Virus record (IMG/VR): IMGVR_UViG_3300042367_000196
Coordinates: 1,998 to 65,997 of that record
Reading direction: 5' to 3' (one strand)
DNA from: a virus
Lineage: Duplodnaviria > Caudoviricetes
Length of the DNA stretch: 64,000 bases
Shown here: in pieces, positions 25,872 to 35,789 of the stretch
How positions within the stretch are numbered: position 1 is the first letter of the stretch
How the letters are laid out: every line of letters begins with the position of its first letter
Made by a program: the position numbers and the translations under genes
The notes under the pieces: model-generated
The model's database searches: none
Seen by the model: the letters and a program-made list of their open reading frames with translations, nothing else
Told to the model about the DNA's origin: nothing

Positions 25872-26027
25872 ATGGCAATTAAAAAGAAAGTTACAGAAAA
25901 AGCTACAGGAGAAAAATACAAATCAAAAGCAGCTATGGCTAAACACGAAAAAAAAGAAAGCAAAGCTGAGCAAATGAAAGAGTATGGGAAAGTTAAAAGA
26001 ACTCCTGCTAAAATGAAAAAATGCTAA
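25872..26027 (+). CDS. Small Lys-rich protein (51 aa, below the ORF-track cutoff)
   Basis: MAIKKKVTEKATGEKYKSKAAMAKHEKKESK...RTPAKMKKC. Confidence 0.6.
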   Translation: MAIKKKVTEKATGEKYKSKAAMAKHEKKESKAEQMKEYGKVKRTPAKMKKC

Positions 26028-26028
26028 T

Positions 26029-26322
26029 ATGGCTTTCTCATTAAACCCTAAGTCAGACTTACTAAAAAACACTGGCAATTTTAATATGGTGAAAAGCCCT
26101 GCTAAAATTGCACCATTAGTTGCTGCTGCTGCCGGAGGTGGTGGAGCCGCTGCTGCTGGAGGTGCCGCCGCTGGAGGTGCCGCTGCTAGTGCTGGAGATG
26201 TTGGCAAAATAATGAATATGGTAGGTAAAGCTAAAGGTGGTTCATCTGAAGGGAAACCAACTAAAGAAAAATCAAAACCAAAATTTTATACAGAAGACGA
26301 CGATAGTTATTATGGCGAATAA
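26029..26322 (+). CDS. Ala/Gly-rich small protein with SPAK motif
   Basis: ORF track. Confidence 0.65.
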   Translation: MAFSLNPKSDLLKNTGNFNMVKSPAKIAPLVAAAAGGGGAAAAGGAAAGGAAASAGDVGKIMNMVGKAKGGSSEGKPTKEKSKPKFYTEDDDSYYGE

Positions 26323-26674
26323 AAAAGGCTTTATTATGTCTCCTAAGAGTGTTCTATTTGGGTTGCATGAGGCTACATCAGATTTTGGAACACCAGTAAT
26401 AAAAAAGGATAACTTAGATCCTGGCATAGAAGCTGAAGCTAATAGAGACGGTACTATTTTTGTTAATAGTAAATTATCGGATAATAAAATTAAAGCTGCC
26501 GTTAAACATGAGAAAGTCCATTTAAACCAAATGGCTCAAGGAAGACTACAGTACTCAGACAGTTCCGTTATATGGAAAAGAGATACAAAGTCTCCTGCAA
26601 AAGTTTATAGAAGAGCAGATATGAATGAAGGGCATCCTGATTTCGAATGGGAAAAAGAAGCATATAAAAAATAA
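26312..26674 (+). CDS. Small zincin-like metallopeptidase
   Basis: KHEKVHLNQ (HExxH) plus downstream WEKEAY; start re-called at ATG 26312. Confidence 0.65.
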   Translation: MANKKGFIMSPKSVLFGLHEATSDFGTPVIKKDNLDPGIEAEANRDGTIFVNSKLSDNKIKAAVKHEKVHLNQMAQGRLQYSDSSVIWKRDTKSPAKVYRRADMNEGHPDFEWEKEAYKK

Positions 26675-26679
26675 TAACT

Positions 26680-26994
26680 ATGGCATTTACAATTAGAGGT
26701 TCAGTTAACGCTTTGGATAATAAAAGCAAAGTAGAAAACAAAAACGGTTTTCAAGAAGTTTCAGCCCCAGGTCCTAGGCAAGGAGTTGGCGGGCAAAGTG
26801 TGTCTTTGTTAGAGGCGCAAAAAAAAGCGTCTAGTAGAGCTCAGGGTAATACAGAAAAATGTACACCTATAACTCAAAAAGCTTCCCCTTTAAAAATAAA
26901 CACTACATTAGTACAAGGCGCAGGTGACGCAGCAGCAAGATTTGTTGATGTTCGTGGAGCTATGGGTAGAGGTATTAGTGAAACATATAATTAA
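26680..26994 (+). CDS. Hypothetical protein with SPLK motif
   Basis: ORF track. Confidence 0.65.
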   Translation: MAFTIRGSVNALDNKSKVENKNGFQEVSAPGPRQGVGGQSVSLLEAQKKASSRAQGNTEKCTPITQKASPLKINTTLVQGAGDAAARFVDVRGAMGRGISETYN

Positions 26995-27008
26995 AACAAA
27001 AAAAAGAA

Positions 27009-28175
27009 ATGGCAAAAAACATTCCAATTACGGCTAGAGTAAGCAGAGGCTTATTTGGGCAGAAAGCAACAGAGCCTGTATTAAATGTGGGCCAAGCCGG
27101 TGTATATGGCAATAACGTAACTAAAGGAGATCCATCACCTGCAAAGATGATGACAAAATCGCCTTTAAAGCAAGTTAAGTCTGAGAGCGCTGGTGATAAA
27201 ATTCCAAAAGGACAAGCATCCCCTGCAAGAATGATGAATTCACCTTTAAAGCAAGTTAAGTCTGAAGGTGCTGGTGATTTAATTTTAAAAGGACAAGCTA
27301 ACGCTTCTATTGGCTCAAAAGGTCCAGACAGAGTGCTAAAAGGCGAGTCAAAAACAACATATACGCCTCCAGTACACACAAAAGCAGGTGATTTAGCTTA
27401 TTCTAAAATGACTAAAGCTCAACAAAAAGCAGCTGACAAAAAGTATATAAAAGAAAATACAAAGACCACTACAACTCCAGATCAAATTGTACCAGGAGAA
27501 GATACGACTAAAAAAGTTCCTCTTAGAACCTATAATGAAGGGTCCGCTAAAACATCTTTTTGGAGACGTCAAGACGATAGAGCGGTAACGCATACATCAA
27601 GAAAAAAGAAAAAAGCTGATATACAATTAGCTAAATTAGAAGCTAAAGAGCAAGGTTTAGAAGGTAAAGCTAAAAGAGATTATATTAGTAATGCTAAAAC
27701 TAAAGCTAAAAAAGAAATGTGGGAATCTAGACAAGCTGGATATAAAGGGAGCAGAGAAGCCGCTGTTCTACAATCTGAGCAATCAACTAGAGTGCATGAC
27801 AAATTTCTGGGAGCACATGTTAATAGAGACAAAGAAGAAGTTCTTGATATATCTAGAACAAAGGCGTCTAAAGAGGCTGATTATGAAATCCAAACAGAAA
27901 TGGAGGCGGGTACATATAAAACGCCTAGAGCAAGAGCCGCTACTACTGGTGGAAACATAAATCCAGCAACCGGCAAACCTGCAGGCGGATTAGCTGACAC
28001 TAAGAGCACTGATGTTAAAGCTGCGGAAGCTCCTAAAAAAGAAGAACCTAAAAAAGATGAAGTATCTACAGTAACTGAAAAAGAATTATCTTTAGACACT
28101 GATCCAGTTGGAATGAAAACAGCAAAAGGATTCTTCGCTAAGAAATCACCTTTAAAAATGAAATACTTTAAATAA
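27009..28175 (+). CDS. Basic low-complexity protein with repeated SP[AL][KR] motifs (putative internal virion protein)
   Basis: SPAKMM, SPLKQ twice, SPARMM and C-terminal SPLKMK; 81-nt tandem duplication around 27130-27300. Confidence 0.75.
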   Translation: MAKNIPITARVSRGLFGQKATEPVLNVGQAGVYGNNVTKGDPSPAKMMTKSPLKQVKSESAGDKIPKGQASPARMMNSPLKQVKSEGAGDLILKGQANASIGSKGPDRVLKGESKTTYTPPVHTKAGDLAYSKMTKAQQKAADKKYIKENTKTTTTPDQIVPGEDTTKKVPLRTYNEGSAKTSFWRRQDDRAVTHTSRKKKKADIQLAKLEAKEQGLEGKAKRDYISNAKTKAKKEMWESRQAGYKGSREAAVLQSEQSTRVHDKFLGAHVNRDKEEVLDISRTKASKEADYEIQTEMEAGTYKTPRARAATTGGNINPATGKPAGGLADTKSTDVKAAEAPKKEEPKKDEVSTVTEKELSLDTDPVGMKTAKGFFAKKSPLKMKYFK

Positions 28176-28462
28176 TGGCATACGATCAACCAAACTCTCC
28201 TTTCAAGAAACTAAAACATACCACTAAGGGTAAAGGCCGTCATTTCTTATCAGCAAAGGAGGGTGCTGGTATGACGCAAGCTGGTAGAAACGCATATAAC
28301 AAAGAGACTGGTGGTAATTTAAAAGCTCCTCAGCCTCAAGGTGGACCAAGAAGAGATTCATATTGCGCTAGATCAAAAGGTCAAATGGAGATGCATAATA
28401 TAAATTGTTCTAAAACACCAGATAAAAGAATCTGTGCCGCAAGACGCAGATGGAAATGCTAA
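28175..28462 (+). CDS. Conserved small basic phage protein
   Basis: GNLKAP...RRDSYCARSKG...RRRWKC motif. Confidence 0.75.
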   Translation: MAYDQPNSPFKKLKHTTKGKGRHFLSAKEGAGMTQAGRNAYNKETGGNLKAPQPQGGPRRDSYCARSKGQMEMHNINCSKTPDKRICAARRRWKC

Positions 28463-28466
28463 TGTT

Positions 28467-28631
28467 ATGGATAAAGGATTAGGCGATACAATAGCAAGAG
28501 TTACAAAAGCAACAGGAATAAAAAAAGCAGTGGAAACCGTAGTTAAAGTTATTAATATAGATTGCGGTTGCCCAGGAAGACAGGATATGCTTAATAAAGC
28601 ATTCCCATATAAACAAAAACCAAATAAATAA
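28467..28631 (+). CDS. Small hypothetical protein
   Basis: KGLGDTI...TGIKK...DCGC..RQ..LN..FPY motif; start re-called at ATG 28467. Confidence 0.7.
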   Translation: MDKGLGDTIARVTKATGIKKAVETVVKVINIDCGCPGRQDMLNKAFPYKQKPNK

Positions 28632-28646
28632 TTAAATCAAATCAAA

Positions 28647-28910
28647 ATGAAAAAAGTAGAAGAAACAGGAGTTGAAAAAGTAACAGCAGAAGAGTTAACA
28701 GCATTAAACGAGAAGATCAATGCAATGAACAAATTGCAAATACAAATCGGTGGTTTAGAAGCACATAAGCACGATATGCTTACCGCTTTATCAACTTTAA
28801 ATATTGAGATGCAAGGAATTCAAAAAGACCTTGAAGCTAAATACGGATCTGTTAATATTGACTTAGCTACAGGCGAAATTACTTATGTCTCAGATAATCA
28901 GGAAAATTAG
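28647..28910 (+). CDS. Coiled-coil hypothetical protein
   Basis: Ends LEAKYGSVNIDLATGEI. Confidence 0.7.
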   Translation: MKKVEETGVEKVTAEELTALNEKINAMNKLQIQIGGLEAHKHDMLTALSTLNIEMQGIQKDLEAKYGSVNIDLATGEITYVSDNQEN

Positions 28911-29106
28911 TATAGGCAAAGACTATAAAAATGACGCCATGCACTACGCCTTAAATCAGGAAGTGTATGGCGGTCATACTATAGTTAATATAATAGAAGA
29001 GGAAGATAAGTACTCTATCTATATTGCTAAAGGGGATATTATCATGCCTTGGAAAGATTTTAACAAGAACATGTCAATATCGGTAGAATACGATCTATCT
29101 TACTAA
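28885..29106 (+). CDS. Hypothetical protein
   Basis: IRKISIGKDYK...AMHY...WKDFN...SVEY. Confidence 0.7.
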   Translation: MSQIIRKISIGKDYKNDAMHYALNQEVYGGHTIVNIIEEEDKYSIYIAKGDIIMPWKDFNKNMSISVEYDLSY

Positions 29107-29108
29107 AT

Positions 29109-29699
29109 ATGAGAAGTGTTTTTAGCTACTTGGTTTCTCCTAATGGCAAAAGAACAACAGGAGAGATAGATATTAACGGTAATAAATTACTTCTAAATAG
29201 TGAACTTCAAAATCACGAATATACGAATCGTATAGGCACTGTATTAAATATACCATTGGTAGGAGATACCGTTATAAAACCAGGTGATGACGTTATTGTA
29301 CATCACAATGTTTTTAGAAGGTTCCGAGACATTAAAGGTAGAGAAAAAGACAGTAAGAATTTTATCGAAGAGGATTTGTATATTGTACAGCCTGATCAAG
29401 TTTACGCTTATAAGAGAAATGGGAAATGGAAAGCATTAGATGGTTTCTGTTTTATAAAGCCATTAAAATCAAAAAATATGTTTTCGCTTGATAAAGAAAG
29501 ACCTTTAATTGGCATAGTCAAACACGGTAATGATTCTATTGAAAGCGGAACTCTAGTAGGATTCAAACCTGGAATGGAATATGAATTCATTATAGAAGGG
29601 CAGAGGTTATACCGAGTACCCACCAATTTAATTACAATTGAATATGAATATCAAGGAGACGAAGAGGAGTATAATCCAAGCTGGGCAGAAGGCAGTTGA
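29109..29699 (+). CDS. Hypothetical protein, possibly a duplicated GroES-like fold
   Basis: Two segments of the type GxV...IxxGxxV (RIGTVL...IKPGDDVIVH; IGIVKH...IESGTLVGF). Confidence 0.5.
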   Translation: MRSVFSYLVSPNGKRTTGEIDINGNKLLLNSELQNHEYTNRIGTVLNIPLVGDTVIKPGDDVIVHHNVFRRFRDIKGREKDSKNFIEEDLYIVQPDQVYAYKRNGKWKALDGFCFIKPLKSKNMFSLDKERPLIGIVKHGNDSIESGTLVGFKPGMEYEFIIEGQRLYRVPTNLITIEYEYQGDEEEYNPSWAEGS

Positions 29700-29919
29700 A
29701 GAATTAATAAAAGTAGCACAAGAAAAGATTGTAGACTCAGGCGATGATATAAGCGCTGACAGACTTAAAAATGCTGCTGCTACAAAAAAGCTTGCCATAT
29801 TTGATGCCTTTGAAATACTAAGCAGAATTGAAGAAGAAGAGCGTATATTAGAAGATAGACCTAAGGAAGACAAAGAAGAGAAAAAAGTAACTGGCTTTGC
29901 TGAAAAAAGATCTAAGTAA
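29638..29919 (+). CDS. Putative terminase small subunit
   Basis: Small helical protein coupled (TAATG) to the large terminase. Confidence 0.55.
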   Translation: MNMNIKETKRSIIQAGQKAVEELIKVAQEKIVDSGDDISADRLKNAAATKKLAIFDAFEILSRIEEEERILEDRPKEDKEEKKVTGFAEKRSK

Positions 29920-32132
29920 TGTACGAGCAATCATTATACAAAATTATAACACCCATACGAGAAAACACTATAATAAGACTTAATAAATCTAAAAAGTGGG
30001 ATTATGGGTATAATAAAGAACATGATGTTGTAGTCATAAGTAAGACTGGGGAAATTGGTGAAATATACCAAATACAAGGCTTAAAGATAGCTTTGCCAAA
30101 AGCTCCAACTAAAATAGATACAACAACTAACAAATGGACGCCTGAGGATTATCCTAAGGAGTTAAAAGTTATAAAAGATATATTCGACTGGGATAAACAA
30201 TCGGACTCGTTTAAAGACAAATGGGGACTTTATATAGATGAGCAGTTTAATAGAAGAGAAGCTGGCCACTGGTTTAATAACAACGGAATACCTACTTATA
30301 TAACAGGATCTCATTATATGTACCTACAATGGTCCAAGATTGACGTTGGTCAACCTGACTTTAGGGAATCAAATAGATTATTCTTTATATTTTGGGAGGC
30401 CTGTAAAGCAGATACAAGATGCTACGGAATGGCATACCTTAAGAACAGACGTTCTGGTTTTTCATTTATGGCCTCTGGTGAAATTGTAAATTTAGCAACA
30501 ATATCAAGTGACTCGCGTTACGGTATATTGTCAAAATCAGGAGCTGATGCTAAAAAAATGTTTACAGATAAAGTAGTGCCAATATCGGTTAACTATCCTT
30601 TTTTCTTTAAACCAATTCAAGACGGTATGGACCGTCCGAAAACAGAATTAGCTTATCGTGTTCCCGCTTCTAAATTAACAAGAAAGAAATTAGAAGGAAA
30701 TAACAAAGTAGATATACTTGAGGGATTAGATACAACTATTGACTGGAAGAATACTGGAGACAATAGTTATGACGGGGAAAAGCTAAAGCTTTTAGTTCAT
30801 GACGAAAGCGGTAAATGGGAAAGACCAAACAATATTTTAAATAACTGGCGCGTTACTAAGACGTGTGTACGACTAGGTAGTAGAATTGTTGGTAAGTGTA
30901 TGATGGGTTCAACATCAAATGCTTTAGATAAAGGAGGAGATAATTTTAAAACTTTATATAACGATTCTAATGTAGAAAACAGAAATGCTAATGGTCAAAC
31001 AAGATCTGGTTTGTATTCTTTGTTTATACCAATGGAATGGAATTATGAAGGTTTTATTGATGAATTTGGACATCCAGTATTTAATACACCGACAAAGCCA
31101 ACATTTGGACCAGGTGGAGATCAAATAGAAATAGGGGTTATAGAGCATTGGAATAATGAAGCTGATGGATTAAAAGGAAATCAAGATGCATTAAATGAAT
31201 ACTTTAGACAGTTCCCTAGAACAGAAGATCACGCATTTAGAGATGAGGCACAAAACAGTATATTTAATTTAGCAAAAATATACGAACAAATAGATTATAA
31301 CGAAGATCTTAAAAATAGTGCTGTTATAACAAGAGGAAGTTTTCAATGGGAAAACGGCGTAAAAGACACAAGAGTATTATTTTCGCCAAACCCACAAGGA
31401 AGATTTTTAATAACCTGGACGCCCCCTGCTCAATTACAAAATAGGCAAGTAATCAAGAATGGTTTGAAATGTCCTGGTAATGAGCACATTGGAGCATTTG
31501 GTTGTGACAGTTACGATATTTCAGGAACAACAGATAATAGAGGATCTAAAGGAGCATTGCACGGATTAACTAAATTTAGTCTTGAAGATGCGCCACCGAG
31601 CACATTCTTTTTAGAATATGTATCTAGGCCTCCAACAGCAGAAATATTTTTTGAAGATGTATTAATGGCTTGTGTATTTTATGGCATGCCAATATTAGCA
31701 GAAAATAATAAGCCAAGACTTTTATATTATTTTAAAAGAAGAGGTTATAGAGGCTACTCTATGAATAGACCTGATAAAGTTTGGAATAAACTTTCCGTAA
31801 CTGAGAAAGAAATTGGAGGAGTGCCAAACTCTAGTGAAGATATGAAACAAGCGCATGCGGCAGCTATTGAGATGTACATCGATAGATATGTTGGCCTTAA
31901 AGAAGATGGTGATTACGGAACAATGTATTTTACCGATACTTTAAACGACTGGGCAAAGTTTGATATAAATAATAGAACAAAATATGATGCTGCTATTAGT
32001 TCTGGCTTAGCTATTATGGCTTGTAATAAAGAGTTATATAGACCTAATGCAATAGTACAAAAAGCACCAATAAACTTAAATATTGCAAAATATTCGCAGA
32101 GCGGATTAATATCAGAAATAATAAAAAGATAA
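29919..32132 (+). CDS. terL: Terminase large subunit
   Basis: LKNRRSGFS (Walker A-like), LLVHDESGKW (Walker B), GSTSN coupling motif, FGCDSYD nuclease motif. Confidence 0.9.
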   Translation: MYEQSLYKIITPIRENTIIRLNKSKKWDYGYNKEHDVVVISKTGEIGEIYQIQGLKIALPKAPTKIDTTTNKWTPEDYPKELKVIKDIFDWDKQSDSFKDKWGLYIDEQFNRREAGHWFNNNGIPTYITGSHYMYLQWSKIDVGQPDFRESNRLFFIFWEACKADTRCYGMAYLKNRRSGFSFMASGEIVNLATISSDSRYGILSKSGADAKKMFTDKVVPISVNYPFFFKPIQDGMDRPKTELAYRVPASKLTRKKLEGNNKVDILEGLDTTIDWKNTGDNSYDGEKLKLLVHDESGKWERPNNILNNWRVTKTCVRLGSRIVGKCMMGSTSNALDKGGDNFKTLYNDSNVENRNANGQTRSGLYSLFIPMEWNYEGFIDEFGHPVFNTPTKPTFGPGGDQIEIGVIEHWNNEADGLKGNQDALNEYFRQFPRTEDHAFRDEAQNSIFNLAKIYEQIDYNEDLKNSAVITRGSFQWENGVKDTRVLFSPNPQGRFLITWTPPAQLQNRQVIKNGLKCPGNEHIGAFGCDSYDISGTTDNRGSKGALHGLTKFSLEDAPPSTFFLEYVSRPPTAEIFFEDVLMACVFYGMPILAENNKPRLLYYFKRRGYRGYSMNRPDKVWNKLSVTEKEIGGVPNSSEDMKQAHAAAIEMYIDRYVGLKEDGDYGTMYFTDTLNDWAKFDINNRTKYDAAISSGLAIMACNKELYRPNAIVQKAPINLNIAKYSQSGLISEIIKR

Positions 32133-32133
32133 T

Positions 32134-34563
32134 ATGGCTAAAGGAGTAGTAAATAGTTTTTTCCCGAGTCAGGTAGTAAGTGACCAAGAAAAAATGTCAC
32201 CAGATTACGGACTTCAAGTTGGTAGGGCAATCACTAACGAGTGGTTTTCTGCTAACTCAGGAACTACTAGATATAGAAGTAACCAAAATACATTCCATGC
32301 TTTAAGATTATATGCACGAGGTGAACAGCCTACGCAGAAATATAAAGATGAGTTATCAATAAACGGGGATTTGTCTTACTTAAATTTAGACTGGAAACCT
32401 GTGCCTATTTTATCTAAATTTATAGATATAGTAGTTAATGGTATTGCTGATAGAGCATTTGATTTAAAAGCGTATTCACAAGATCCATACGGAGTAAGCA
32501 AAAGAACAAAATATTTAGAATCAGTTATTAGAGATTTACAAACGGCAGAGTTAAATAATTTTGCTAAAGAAAACTTCGGTATTAACTTATTTGAAAACCC
32601 ACCAGAAAGATTACCTGACTCTCAAGAAGAACTTGATTTGCACATGCAACTATCCTATAAACAGGGCATTGAAATTGCAGAAGAAATTGCGATTAACACT
32701 ATATTTGATGGTAATAAATATGATCTTACAAAAAGAAGAGTATATTACGACATTGCGACTTTAGGTATTGGAGCAGTTAAAAATAGCTTTACAGAATCAG
32801 AAGGTGTTAAAGTAGAGTATGTAGATCCTGCCTATATGGTTTATTCTTACACAGAAGATCCATATTTCCAAGATATATATTATGTAGGAGAAGTTAAATT
32901 CGTTCCTTTAAACGAGATTAAAAAACAATTCCCACATTTAGATCAAGCTACAATGGAACAAATCCAACAGCAAGGATCACAGAATTATGGTGTATGGGAT
33001 AATAACGTAAGTAACTATAACAATAATAGAGACTCAAACGTGGTTCAAGTATTGTACTTTAATTTTAAAACTTACATGAATGAAGTTTACAAAGTTAAAG
33101 AAACAGCTACTGGTGCATCTAAAATTATATTAAGAGATGATCAATTTGACCCGCCTGTTGAAGCTTATGAAGCACAGTTCGGTAAAATGTCAAGATCACT
33201 TGAAGTATTATATGAAGGTGTATTGGTTTTAGGTACTGATATATTATTAAAATGGGAGCTAGCTAAAAATATGATGCGTCCTAAGAGCGATGAAACTAAA
33301 GTTAAAATGAACTATAGTATTACAGCTCCTAGAATGTACCAAGGTAGAATTGAGTCGCTAGTTAGTAAATGTACTGGCTTTGCAGATATGATTCAAATTA
33401 CCCATTTAAAAATGCAACAAGTATTACAAAGAATGATCCCTGATGGGGTTTATTTGGATGCTGACGGTATTAATGAAGTTGATTTAGGTAATGGTACAAA
33501 TTATAATCCACAAGAAGCATTAAATATGTTCTTTCAAACTGGATCGATAATTGGTAGATCATTTACACAGGATGGAGATATGAATCCTGGCAAAGTGCCT
33601 ATTCAAGAAGTTCCTACAGGAAATGGTGGTGCAAAACTACAAACACTAATACAGACTTATAACTATTATCTGCAAATGATAAGAGACGTTACAGGTCTTA
33701 ATGAAGCTAGAGACGGAAGTACGCCAGATTCTAGAGCATTAGTTGGTGTTCAAAAATTAGCAGCAGCAAATTCAAACACAGCAACAAGACATATATTAGA
33801 TGCAGGTTTATTCTTAACAAGAGAAACAGCAGAGTGTTTATCACTTAGAATTTCTGATATATTAGAATTCCACCCAGCTAAAGAAGCCTTTATACAAAAG
33901 ATTGGCGGATTTAATGTTGGGACATTAGAAGAACTTAATGATTTATATCTACATGATTTTGCTATTAATTTGGAATTAACGCCAGACGAAGAGGAAAGAG
34001 CTATGTTAGAAAATAACATTCAGGTTGCATTGTCAGCAGGACTAATTGATTTATCCGATGCTATCGATATTAGAGAAGTTCGAAATATCAAATTAGCAAA
34101 TCAATTACTTAAGTTAAGACAGAAGAAAAGACAAGAAAGATTACAAGCAGAAAAGCAAGCAAACATACAAGCACAATCTCAAGCTAATATTGAAATGCAA
34201 CAAGCAGCTGCTCAGACCGAAGTTCAAAAAGATCAAGCATTATTCCAAACAAAATCGGAACTTGAAAAATTAAAAGGGCAAATTGAGCAACAAAGAATTC
34301 AAGTTGAGGTTGAAGCTAAAAAGCAACTTATGGAATTAGAGTTCCAATATAACATGCAATTAAAAGGCATGGAAGTTGATGCAGCTAAGTCAAAAATAAA
34401 AGAAGATCAAGACAGAAAAGATCAAAGAGCAAAACTGCAAGGTACATTACAAAGTGAATTAATTGACCAGCGACAAAAGAATACTGGTCCTAAAGACTTT
34501 GAATCGTCAGGAAACGACGTAATGGGCAGCGGATTTGACTTAGGTTCTTTCGAGCCTAGGTAA
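32134..34563 (+). CDS. Portal protein
   Basis: Follows TerL; 809 aa; DVTGLNEARDG motif and Gln-rich C-terminal coiled coil. Confidence 0.8.
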   Translation: MAKGVVNSFFPSQVVSDQEKMSPDYGLQVGRAITNEWFSANSGTTRYRSNQNTFHALRLYARGEQPTQKYKDELSINGDLSYLNLDWKPVPILSKFIDIVVNGIADRAFDLKAYSQDPYGVSKRTKYLESVIRDLQTAELNNFAKENFGINLFENPPERLPDSQEELDLHMQLSYKQGIEIAEEIAINTIFDGNKYDLTKRRVYYDIATLGIGAVKNSFTESEGVKVEYVDPAYMVYSYTEDPYFQDIYYVGEVKFVPLNEIKKQFPHLDQATMEQIQQQGSQNYGVWDNNVSNYNNNRDSNVVQVLYFNFKTYMNEVYKVKETATGASKIILRDDQFDPPVEAYEAQFGKMSRSLEVLYEGVLVLGTDILLKWELAKNMMRPKSDETKVKMNYSITAPRMYQGRIESLVSKCTGFADMIQITHLKMQQVLQRMIPDGVYLDADGINEVDLGNGTNYNPQEALNMFFQTGSIIGRSFTQDGDMNPGKVPIQEVPTGNGGAKLQTLIQTYNYYLQMIRDVTGLNEARDGSTPDSRALVGVQKLAAANSNTATRHILDAGLFLTRETAECLSLRISDILEFHPAKEAFIQKIGGFNVGTLEELNDLYLHDFAINLELTPDEEERAMLENNIQVALSAGLIDLSDAIDIREVRNIKLANQLLKLRQKKRQERLQAEKQANIQAQSQANIEMQQAAAQTEVQKDQALFQTKSELEKLKGQIEQQRIQVEVEAKKQLMELEFQYNMQLKGMEVDAAKSKIKEDQDRKDQRAKLQGTLQSELIDQRQKNTGPKDFESSGNDVMGSGFDLGSFEPR

Positions 34564-34595
34564 TAATAATACTAACATTTATATAATATTTTATC

Positions 34596-35777
34596 ATGGA
34601 AGAAAACAACGAATTAGAGCATAAAGAAGAAATCGTTATTAGTAACGGTGCTTCTGTTGCCGAAGACGGTACAATTAAGTTAGATTTTGGACAAATAAAT
34701 AAACCACAAGCTAATGCCATTCAAGAGCAAGAAACAAATGAAGTGGATGTTCCTGAACCAACCGGAAATAGCCAAGCGTTGGATGAAGGAGTACCACAAC
34801 GGGAAGAGCCCATTCAAAATGAAGAGTCCGTTATTGAAGAAATAATTGATGAAGAATTACCAAGTAATGCACCAGCTGCAGCTGTAAATTTACAGGATGA
34901 AGTAAGAGAAGCAATTGCTGATAATAAACAGAATGGTATTGAGCTGCCTGAAAACATTCAAAAAGTAATTGACTTTATGAGTGAAACAGGTGGATCATTA
35001 GAAGATTATGTTAAATTAAATACTGACTACAGCAAATTAGATAATTATAATCTTTTAAAGGAATACTATCAAAACACAAAGCCACATTTAGATAGTGACG
35101 AAATTGATTTCTTAATGGAAGAAAATTTTGCATTTGATGAAGAAGTGGATGACGAGCGCGATATTAGAAAGAAAAGAATCGCTCAAAAAGAAGAATTACA
35201 AAAAGCAAGGAAACATTTAGAAGGTTTAAAATCACAATATTATAGTGAAATTAAAGCTGGAACTAAATTGGCTCCTGAACAACAAAAAGCGGTTGAGTTC
35301 TTTAACCGTTATAACAAAGAGAACGAAGAAGCTACTAGATTAGCTGAAAAACAAAAACAAACATTCTTACAAAAAACAGATCAAGTTTTTTCCAATGATT
35401 TCAAAGGTTTTGATTTCAACGTAGGAGACAAAAAGTATAGGTTTAATATTAAGAATGCAGCCGAAGTGAAAAATTCACAAAGCGATATTCATAATTTTAT
35501 CAAGAAGTTCTTGAACGAAAATAATGAAATGTCAGATGCTAGTGGTTATCATAAAGGTTTGTTTACAGCTATGAATCCAGACGCTATTGCACAACATTTT
35601 TATGAGCAAGGTAAAGCCGATGCAATAAAAGAGAGTACAACCAAAGCCAAGAACATCGATATGGGTACACGAGGTGTACATCAAGATGTTAAAACGATTA
35701 ATGGTTGGCAAGTACGCGCTGTTGATGGTGGAGCTTCTGATTCAAAATTGAAAATCAAAACTTTTAGAAAAATTTAA
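34596..35777 (+). CDS. Putative capsid scaffolding protein
   Basis: Acidic N-terminus, helical; lies between portal and capsid genes. Confidence 0.65.
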   Translation: MEENNELEHKEEIVISNGASVAEDGTIKLDFGQINKPQANAIQEQETNEVDVPEPTGNSQALDEGVPQREEPIQNEESVIEEIIDEELPSNAPAAAVNLQDEVREAIADNKQNGIELPENIQKVIDFMSETGGSLEDYVKLNTDYSKLDNYNLLKEYYQNTKPHLDSDEIDFLMEENFAFDEEVDDERDIRKKRIAQKEELQKARKHLEGLKSQYYSEIKAGTKLAPEQQKAVEFFNRYNKENEEATRLAEKQKQTFLQKTDQVFSNDFKGFDFNVGDKKYRFNIKNAAEVKNSQSDIHNFIKKFLNENNEMSDASGYHKGLFTAMNPDAIAQHFYEQGKADAIKESTTKAKNIDMGTRGVHQDVKTINGWQVRAVDGGASDSKLKIKTFRKI

Positions 35778-35789
35778 AATTAGAAAATT

